From NCBI RefSeq assembly GCF_001458695.1, contig NZ_LN885086.1, positions 960,001 through 992,000 of the forward strand: a DNA stretch of 32,000 nucleotides, given 5' to 3'. Under the pieces are notes generated by a model. It was not told the DNA's origin. It did no database searches and worked only from the letters and a program-made list of their open reading frames with translations. Positions 25,704-32,000 of the stretch are shown in pieces. The position numbers and the translations under genes were made by a program. The number at the start of each line of letters is the position of its first letter. Positions within the stretch are counted from its first letter, which is position 1. The DNA comes from Candidatus Nitrospira inopinata. Its GTDB lineage: Bacteria; Nitrospirota; Nitrospiria; Nitrospirales; Nitrospiraceae.

Positions 25704-27676
25704 GGGAGCGCGTCGCTCGGTGGGTGGTCGGCGTGATGATGTTGGGCTGGCTCGGCGCGCCGGCGCCGAGCGTCCGGGATACAGCCTTCGCCTTGGTCCT
25801 CATGGACCAGACGATCGAGACAGAAGGTGTCACGCTGCGCGTCCAACTGGAGCGGGATGACGATCGGGATGGCAATGGATCAGCCCCCGTTTCCCGAGCG
25901 GATCGTCCTGTCCGACTGACCATCGAAGCGAAGCGAGCGCCGGACGGGACGCCGCTCACCCAATGGTGGCCCGGCGCCTGGATCGATTGGCAGATCGATC
26001 CCCTCTCCGGTTCCGTGCCCACCTGCTCGCAGCGGATCGGCCGGTACCTTGGTGGCTCACTCCTGGCTCGTCCCCTTGTTGATCTGACTGGCTCCTACGT
26101 CGTGACCATGGACCAGGAGCCAAGTCTCTCGGTCCTCGACCCTTCCGTCAATTTCGCTGGCCGCAGCAGCCTCTATCGATCCGTTTCTCTACCCGCTCCC
26201 GCCGCAGACTGGGCCTCGACCCCGGATGATCGATGGCTGGCGGCGGCGGTGCCGGACGCGAAGGCGGTGGTTGTGGTCGGGACCGGCGACTTTACAATCG
26301 CCCATCGGATCGACCGGCCTCGCCGCCCCCGTCAGGTCTTGATGCAACCACAGAGCCGGCTCGTATGGATCAGCGAGCTTGAAGATCAAGCAGGTGGAAA
26401 GGGCCAAGGGTGGCTCACTGCCATCGATACGGCCGCCTGGTCGATCGTGGAGTCGTTTCCTGTAGGGGAGGGGCTCCCCCTCGTGACGTTCGCAGTCGAT
26501 GGCCCGTGGGTCTACGCCGCAAGCCGTTCGGCTCGCCAACTGACCATCATCGACTCGCAGCGCATGGTGGTCCAGCGGGCGGTGCCGTTGGACTTTGCTC
26601 CAACCGGCCTGGCCGCTACTCTCTCTCAGCCCGCTCAGCCCGCCCCGTCTGCTCAACCAACTCAGCCTGCCCAGCCAGCCGAGCCCATGCTCTGGGTGGT
26701 GGATGGCAAAAGGGGCCGATTCGTTCGGTTCGATGTCGAAGGGCGTGAGAGGGATCGCATCGCTGTGGCCCAGACCTTGGAGTGGGCCTCGCTGAGCCCT
26801 GATGGCCGCTGGGTCGTGGTGGCCACCCCGCCGACCGGCCTGACGGCGATTGCCACGACCTCTCCCCATCGAATGGTTTCGATTCCGTTATCAGGCAAAC
26901 CGAGCCATCTTCTCTGGTCGGACCAATTCGCCTATGTGCTCGTGCCGGAACAGGGGACGCTTAGCCTCTTCACTTGGCCGTCGCTCGGCGAGGGAGCACT
27001 GCCGATCAAATCGATCGCGATTGGAGCCAGTGCCTTGTCAGTCAAAGCGGGAGGGCCTGTGGCCTCCGCCATGGCACTGATGGCGGACGGCAAAGGCACG
27101 TTCATCGCCCACCCGACGGAGCGGATGATTTATACCTACATGGAAGGCATGAACGCCCCGAGCCAGGGAGTGCGAGCCTATGGCCACACCCCATTGGCCG
27201 TGAAGACGGTTCGCCGCACGTTTCACGAAATCGAACCGGGCATCTATCGCCAATGGGCCAGGCTCCCTGCATCCAGCGGACGGCTCATGCTGGCGATTGC
27301 GGGAGAGTCGCCATCGGTGCGAACTTGTCTCGGCTTGCCTCCGCTCGGTCAGGAGGCGCCTCGGCAGACTAAAGGGGGCTGGCAGTGGGCGGCGCTAAAC
27401 AAACTTACGGCTCGTGTCGCCGAACACGTTACAATCCGCCTGACCAGGGAGTCGGTTGGCGAGGAGCGAGAGGACGGATCGCCGGCACATGTGACGCTCC
27501 GCCTCATGCGGGCGCGAGGCGGGCTCTACGACGAATGGCCGCTCCGTCGGCTTCCGGACAGTCCAAACGCCTACGAGGCCACGGGGACGGTGCGAGAAGC
27601 CGGTACCTATTTTCTCTATCCTACCGTCAACGGCCGACCCTCGTCTGTCCCAGGCACGTTGATCGTCGAGGAATGA
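25700..27676 (+). CDS. periplasmic beta-propeller-like (YVTN/NHL-type repeats) protein with C-terminal Ig-like domain (658 aa)
   Basis: The start ATG overlaps the oxidase stop (ATGA at 25700-25703), and the N-terminus is hydrophobic. Propeller-like strands include 'LTIIDSQRMVVQRAVPLDFAPTGLAA' and 'LSPDGRWVVVATPPTG'. There is an internal QPAQPAPSAQPTQPAQPAEP linker. The domain call is by eye. Confidence 0.55.
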   Translation: MRERVARWVVGVMMLGWLGAPAPSVRDTAFALVLMDQTIETEGVTLRVQLERDDDRDGNGSAPVSRADRPVRLTIEAKRAPDGTPLTQWWPGAWIDWQIDPLSGSVPTCSQRIGRYLGGSLLARPLVDLTGSYVVTMDQEPSLSVLDPSVNFAGRSSLYRSVSLPAPAADWASTPDDRWLAAAVPDAKAVVVVGTGDFTIAHRIDRPRRPRQVLMQPQSRLVWISELEDQAGGKGQGWLTAIDTAAWSIVESFPVGEGLPLVTFAVDGPWVYAASRSARQLTIIDSQRMVVQRAVPLDFAPTGLAATLSQPAQPAPSAQPTQPAQPAEPMLWVVDGKRGRFVRFDVEGRERDRIAVAQTLEWASLSPDGRWVVVATPPTGLTAIATTSPHRMVSIPLSGKPSHLLWSDQFAYVLVPEQGTLSLFTWPSLGEGALPIKSIAIGASALSVKAGGPVASAMALMADGKGTFIAHPTERMIYTYMEGMNAPSQGVRAYGHTPLAVKTVRRTFHEIEPGIYRQWARLPASSGRLMLAIAGESPSVRTCLGLPPLGQEAPRQTKGGWQWAALNKLTARVAEHVTIRLTRESVGEEREDGSPAHVTLRLMRARGGLYDEWPLRRLPDSPNAYEATGTVREAGTYFLYPTVNGRPSSVPGTLIVEE

Positions 27677-27683
27677 TCGAGGA

Positions 27684-28292
27684 ATGATGAGGCCCGGAAC
27701 AGACAACCTACCGGTCAGGACGTTGCCGCTCTTCGTTCTTCTGGGGTGGCTCGTCGGAGGCCTGATGGTGGAGCCGGTCATGGCTGAGGAGGTCCCGAAC
27801 ACCATGGTGGCGATCGACTGCCCGGATGTCCCGGTGCAGGATCAGCAAGGCCATGCCGGTTCATTTCACGAGGTGACGGGCGACCGTTTGGTGATCCTGA
27901 CCTTCACCTATGGCACCTGTCGGACCGCCTGTCCGATCGTCAACGGGCTCCTGGCTTCGGTCTATCATCACCTGGGCCCGCGAGTCGGTCGAGACGTGGT
28001 GGTGGTCTCGGTCTCGGTTGACCCCGAACATGACCGGCCCGAGCAGTTGGCGGAGCACCATCGGACATTCGGAGATCTGCCGCACTGGTATCGTCTGACA
28101 GGAGATCGAACGGACCTGGCAAGACTCTGGCGGGCGTTCGGCATCCGAGTGAGCCAAGACCCAGGCACCCATGCGAGCGACATCTTCATCGGCAGTCCGG
28201 TACGAGGAACCTGGCGACGGGTCTCAGGTCTCCTCTCGCCTCAATCCATCGTTCAGGCACTCGATGATACTCACCAGATCATGGTTCAGTGA
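27684..28292 (+). CDS. SCO1/SenC-family thioredoxin-fold copper chaperone (202 aa)
   Basis: Signal peptide present. 'VILTFTYGTCRTACPIV' supplies the CxxxC(P) motif. Also 'VVVSVSVDPEHDRPEQLAEH', 'YRLTGD', and the downstream conserved His 'GTHASDIFI'. Confidence 0.8.
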   Translation: MMRPGTDNLPVRTLPLFVLLGWLVGGLMVEPVMAEEVPNTMVAIDCPDVPVQDQQGHAGSFHEVTGDRLVILTFTYGTCRTACPIVNGLLASVYHHLGPRVGRDVVVVSVSVDPEHDRPEQLAEHHRTFGDLPHWYRLTGDRTDLARLWRAFGIRVSQDPGTHASDIFIGSPVRGTWRRVSGLLSPQSIVQALDDTHQIMVQ

Positions 28293-28884
28293 CCATCGTT
28301 CGCAACTCCGCCACGGTCTCATCATGGCGGCAGTGGCCGGATGGTTGATCGGGCCGGCCGTTGATGCCCCTCAGGCTGCCGAGCCGATCCCATCGGATGA
28401 ACGGGCGCGACAGTATTTTACCGATGAACCAGTGGTCGATCAGGATGGGCGCTCCCACCGGTTCTATAGTGACCTGCTCGCGGGCCACACGGTGTTGATC
28501 CATGCCTTTTACGCCCAGTGCCGCGAAGCCTGTCCGCTCCAAGTGGATCGGTTGCGCCTGGTGCGGACACGACTGGGCTCGGTCTTCGGATCGACGGTGC
28601 GGTTTCTCTCCTTGAGCGTCGATGTGGCGCACGATCAACCGGAACAGCTTAAGACCTTCGCGCATCGCCACGGGGCAGACGAACCGGGCTGGTACTTTCT
28701 CTCCGGCCATCCCGTGCGATTCTCGCTTGTCCTCAAGCGGCTTGGGCTCTGGACCGACGACCCGTCGGATCATCAGACCCTGTTCATCGTCGGCAGGCCC
28801 GCCACCAAACATTGGAAAAAACTCCGTCCCGATGCCTCGCCCGAGGAGGTGGCACGGGCGCTTATCCAATTGGCCGATGAATGA
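28264..28884 (+). CDS. second SCO1/SenC-family copper chaperone paralogue (206 aa)
   Basis: 'VLIHAFYAQCREACPLQ' supplies the CxxxCP motif. Also 'RFLSLSVDVAHDQPEQLKTFAH', 'YFLSGH', 'PSDHQTLFIV'. Start set at ATG 28264, which gives a signal-peptide-like N-terminus and overlaps the upstream gene by 29 nt. ATG 28324 is the alternative. Confidence 0.75.
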   Translation: MILTRSWFSDHRSQLRHGLIMAAVAGWLIGPAVDAPQAAEPIPSDERARQYFTDEPVVDQDGRSHRFYSDLLAGHTVLIHAFYAQCREACPLQVDRLRLVRTRLGSVFGSTVRFLSLSVDVAHDQPEQLKTFAHRHGADEPGWYFLSGHPVRFSLVLKRLGLWTDDPSDHQTLFIVGRPATKHWKKLRPDASPEEVARALIQLADE

Positions 28885-30295
28885 GAGGACGGGCAGTTCG
28901 CGGCCAGGCCTGCTTTGCATTCTGAGTCTGGTGTTGGGGCTCGCGAGTTCGTTCGTCGCCGGAGGTCTGGCTTCGCCGAGGGCTGGCGAGACGGCTCTCA
29001 TCCTAGGCCGAGCCCTGTATGAGCAGGGACGGGGCGTCGGCGATCGTGAGATCCAGGGGAAACTGGGCAATGGAGTCGAACTCACCGGCTCGGCGGCTGC
29101 GTGCGCCAACTGCCATGGTCGCGATGGGCGTGGATTGAACGAAGGGGGACTCCGCGCGCCGGATATCCGCTGGAGCACCTTGACCGATCGATTTGCTCCA
29201 GTTCGGCAAGGTCCTGCTGCTGTGTCCTATGATCAATCCAGCCTGGCGCAAACCCTGACGACTGGCCAAAGACCCGACGGATCGATGCTCGGTCCCGCCA
29301 TGCCGCGATTCGATCTGAGAGAAGCGGAAGTCTCCGCCCTGGTCGAGCAGTTGATCGCCCTGTCGGCCACGGCCTCCTTCACGACTCTTCCACGACCGAT
29401 CATTCTAGGCCTGGTTCCCCAGGCTGGACGGGATCGCATGGCCGATCAGTTGGTTCGACGTATCGACCAGTGTCCGGAAACGATGCAGCCCCAACCGACC
29501 TCGTCGATCCGTTGGGTTCGCTATCAAGACCCAGACGACGCCCTTCGGCAACTGGAGGAGATCCGGTCCCGAGAGGCTGATCTGATCCTCGTTACGCCTT
29601 ACCTGGTCGGCTGGGAAGACCGTTTTGCCGAATGGACCGCGTCACGGCCCGTCACGGTTGTGCTACCCGTTGCCTTCAGGAGTCCGGAAGAATCAGAACC
29701 GTGGCTCTATCGCTTGCCTGGCCTCGAACGGCAAGTGGAACGGCTGATTGAGGAGGCAGCCGAGCACAGCCCCGGCGGTGTCACGGTCGCGATCGATCCC
29801 CGTGATCCTCTGAGCCAGCACCTGGGCGCCGTGGCAGGGCGGATGGCCAAGACGTTGGACCTTCCTCTCGAACGGTGGCTGGCTCACGAGCGGACGCAGC
29901 GGCTTCGTCCTGGACGGCCACTCCTGTGGCTCCGTCCGATGAAGGAGATGGAACGGTTCGTGGGGTCTTCAATCCCCCGCACGATCTTGATCCCCAGCCT
30001 GTTCTATCAGCAATCGAGAGTGCCGAAAACCGGCCGGTGGGTAAAGACCGACTGGGTCGTGGCCTATCCGTACTCACCACGGGACTCTTCAACCGGTCGC
30101 TGGCTTGCGCCGGCGATGGTCTGGGGCCGAGCCGCCTGCAGGATTCTGGCTTCGCTGGCCGGCGACCCAAGCGGCGAGTTCGCCCGCCCGCTGAATCTCG
30201 CTCCGCTGCCGCTCGTCATCCTTCCTCGTCCGACGGATGTCGAGGCTCGCGCGATGGTGGGGATGCTCAGGAATCCTTCGACGGATTCCCAGTGA
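28877..30295 (+). CDS. periplasmic mono-haem cytochrome c fused to a ~330-aa C-terminal domain (possibly periplasmic-binding-protein-like) (472 aa)
   Basis: ATG 28877 overlaps the upstream stop by 8 nt, and a signal peptide is present (LLCILSLVLGLASSFVAGGLA). The haem c site is CANCH (29102-29116) with a plausible distal Met in 'GPAMPRFDL'. The C-terminal domain is not recognisable by eye. Confidence 0.68.
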   Translation: MNERTGSSRPGLLCILSLVLGLASSFVAGGLASPRAGETALILGRALYEQGRGVGDREIQGKLGNGVELTGSAAACANCHGRDGRGLNEGGLRAPDIRWSTLTDRFAPVRQGPAAVSYDQSSLAQTLTTGQRPDGSMLGPAMPRFDLREAEVSALVEQLIALSATASFTTLPRPIILGLVPQAGRDRMADQLVRRIDQCPETMQPQPTSSIRWVRYQDPDDALRQLEEIRSREADLILVTPYLVGWEDRFAEWTASRPVTVVLPVAFRSPEESEPWLYRLPGLERQVERLIEEAAEHSPGGVTVAIDPRDPLSQHLGAVAGRMAKTLDLPLERWLAHERTQRLRPGRPLLWLRPMKEMERFVGSSIPRTILIPSLFYQQSRVPKTGRWVKTDWVVAYPYSPRDSSTGRWLAPAMVWGRAACRILASLAGDPSGEFARPLNLAPLPLVILPRPTDVEARAMVGMLRNPSTDSQ

Positions 30296-30323
30296 ACGAC
30301 CTGCCGCCTCCTTGCGAACACCG

Positions 30324-30602
30324 TCAGCCGAAATAGAAAAACGCCGGATCCGACGGCGGGACGGCGATGCCCAGCGTCGCGGGTTTGCTGCGGCCGTCGA
30401 GCGTGATGATGTGCACGCGGTCTTCCGTTGCCTCGATCAAACCCTGCAACGTCTCCGTCACGTCGGTCAGCTCAGCGGGCGTGAGCCAACATTCATAGAC
30501 CGACTTCTGCCCGCCGGTGCTGTAGGCCTTGAGCACATCCCGCACCTTATGGAGGCGCCGTTGATCGCACACGTCATAGGCGATGAGATAGAGTCGCCGC
30601 AT
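30324..30602 (-). CDS. cas2: second Cas2 paralogue (92 aa)
   Basis: ATG 30602 gives 'MRRLYLIAYDVCDQRRLHKVRDVLKAYSTGGQKSVYECWL...EDRVHIITL', a Cas2 pattern. It starts 11 nt after the upstream CARF gene stop. Confidence 0.82.
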   Translation of the reverse strand: MRRLYLIAYDVCDQRRLHKVRDVLKAYSTGGQKSVYECWLTPAELTDVTETLQGLIEATEDRVHIITLDGRSKPATLGIAVPPSDPAFFYFG

Positions 30603-30613
30603 AGCCAAGCCCG

Positions 30614-31882
30614 TTATGTCTCGTCCAACGTTGCGAAGGCGATGGCCGGCTGCTCTCCGAGGATCGCGAGCACGACCTCGCGCAAATCCTGATAGCCGGC
30701 TTCGGTGCCCGAGGTCGTTCCATGCGCCAGCCACGACATGTTCCGAGCGGACTGGACTTGCTTAAACCGGTTCTGCTGTTGCTCGAACTGTTGGCCTTCC
30801 GGTTCGCCGAGGGCGGCCAAGAGGCGGTAACTGGCTTCGAGTGGCAGTTTGAGCGTGCCCCCGTCCTCCGGGCGATAGCGGGCCAGGAACTCGGCTCGCA
30901 CCGTTTCCGGAATCGCCTCCACCGGCACTCGATCGGTTCCGCAGCCGAGCCGTCGCTCGATCGCAATCTGGGCTCCCAGCTCAAGTGCGCGATAAAGCCG
31001 GACGATCGCATCGTCGTAGCTGCCTTCCGTGGCCCGACGATCGGCATTGGCCAGCAGGTCGGCGATGAACAGCCGGTGGTAGCGGCGGAACCCACCGGTG
31101 TGTTTGGCGAGTTGTTCCAGCCAGGCGACATTGGCTTCCAGCATGGGAAGCACGGCGGCGTACCGAATGGCGGGATTGGCCTGTACCGCGATCGTCCAGC
31201 GGCTGCGGCAGCGCCCCAACACTTCCAAGGCACGTTGATATTCAAACCGCTCCCAGAGCAGATACCCTTTCGCCACTTCTCCGATCAGCTCGAAGGCCAA
31301 ACGATCCGGCTCCGTGAGGGGTCTTGAAAGGACCGACCGAATGAGCGCCTGGGCTGCCGTGAACTGAAACGTGCGGAAGAAGAGCGCCAACCGTCTCCGC
31401 TCTTCGACAGCGAAGACTGCAAAGGGATCATCTCGCCTGATGATCGCCTCGCTGCCGGTGATGACCACCCCTCGCCCTTCCTTGGATCGTTCGCGCCCAC
31501 CCACATAGACGAACGAAAACCCCTTGCCCACCGTGGCCAGGGCCAGCGCCGCGCTCATCACCTTGGTGCCGCCCGTGAAATCCACGGCCACGCGCTCGGG
31601 TGGAATGTGCAGGTCGGCGAGATGCTCGGCGCATCGAATCGCCTCGGCGTAACAGGTCACGAGATCCTGCGGGTCGCGCGTGATGACCTTGCGATCCCTC
31701 GTGGGAATACCCAGGTCTCGCACCTGATCCTTGATCGCGCCGATCTGTTCGACCGTCTGTTCCGATGCGAAGAAGATGACAACCGTCGGGCTATGTGCCC
31801 GAAGCGTCGTCACAATCGGCTCGATGGAGCCGCCTACCGAGACAATCATGGCGTGAACAGACGAGGTCCTCGTATCGGACAT
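30614..31882 (-). CDS. CRISPR-associated CARF-HEPN protein (Csx1/Csm6-like, Cas02710/TIGR02710-like) (422 aa)
   Basis: SD AAGGAG lies 7 nt upstream of ATG 31882. The Rossmann-like CARF N-domain has 'AMIVSVGGSIEPIV' and 'VAVDFTGGTKVMSAALA'. The C-terminal HEPN R-x6-H motif is 'ARNMSWLAHG' (30722-30745). Confidence 0.75.
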   Translation of the reverse strand: MSDTRTSSVHAMIVSVGGSIEPIVTTLRAHSPTVVIFFASEQTVEQIGAIKDQVRDLGIPTRDRKVITRDPQDLVTCYAEAIRCAEHLADLHIPPERVAVDFTGGTKVMSAALALATVGKGFSFVYVGGRERSKEGRGVVITGSEAIIRRDDPFAVFAVEERRRLALFFRTFQFTAAQALIRSVLSRPLTEPDRLAFELIGEVAKGYLLWERFEYQRALEVLGRCRSRWTIAVQANPAIRYAAVLPMLEANVAWLEQLAKHTGGFRRYHRLFIADLLANADRRATEGSYDDAIVRLYRALELGAQIAIERRLGCGTDRVPVEAIPETVRAEFLARYRPEDGGTLKLPLEASYRLLAALGEPEGQQFEQQQNRFKQVQSARNMSWLAHGTTSGTEAGYQDLREVVLAILGEQPAIAFATLDET

Positions 31883-32000
31883 GCCGAACTCCTTCTTTGC
31901 ACCTCTCTTACTCTCTTGGAGAGCCAGGGGCAAGCACGGAAACGTTGCCCTCGGGCTGGAGGACCACGGTGATTTGGTCCATCTGTCCGTCAACCATAAG

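Noticed and set aside
1-32000. A CRISPR array associated with the cas genes.
   Set aside because: I read every non-coding gap: 1-311, 4977-5303, 7557-7609, 10496-10749, 11419-11537, 13695-13833, 15355-15427, 18438-18836 and 30296-30323. I found no series of 24-40-nt direct repeats. The only hint is the pair of 16-mers at 18516/18587, reported separately. This was not an algorithmic search.

Overview
Visibly GC-rich bacterial chromosomal segment with about 21 supportable protein genes and one tRNA. I cannot assign a taxon from sequence alone. Left third (1-11.4 kb): a long ThyX-like gene, a TPR protein, a degenerate SF1-helicase-like ORF ending just before tRNA-Leu(CAG), a secreted protein made of 14 tandem ~50-aa repeats each carrying a C-x4-C pair, single-chain glycine dehydrogenase gcvP, and a membrane-anchored NTF2-like protein. 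Middle (11.5-15.4 kb): a CusRS/CopRS-like two-component system and a DegP/HtrA protease. Then a minus-strand cas operon (15.4-18.4 kb): canonical cas1, a shortened and catalytically eroded cas1 paralogue, cas2 and cas6, all tightly coupled. I could find no CRISPR array or effector genes in the window. Next comes an 11.9-kb plus-strand, translationally coupled operon (18.8-30.3 kb): a giant 2288-aa MnxG-like multicopper oxidase, a beta-propeller-like periplasmic protein, two SCO1/SenC copper chaperones and a cytochrome c fusion protein. It is preceded by good sigma54 and sigma70 promoter matches. The window ends with a second cas2 and a CARF-HEPN (Csx1/Cas02710-like) gene, co-oriented with the first cas block. 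Most interesting: (1) the tandem Cas1 plus degenerate Cas1 pair, possibly a hard-wired heteromeric integrase; (2) the cas locus being split exactly by the oppositely oriented copper-oxidase operon; (3) the giant MCO operon with its own cytochrome c; (4) the 14-repeat H-C-x4-C secreted protein. All motif calls and alignments were made by eye, and no database search was run.
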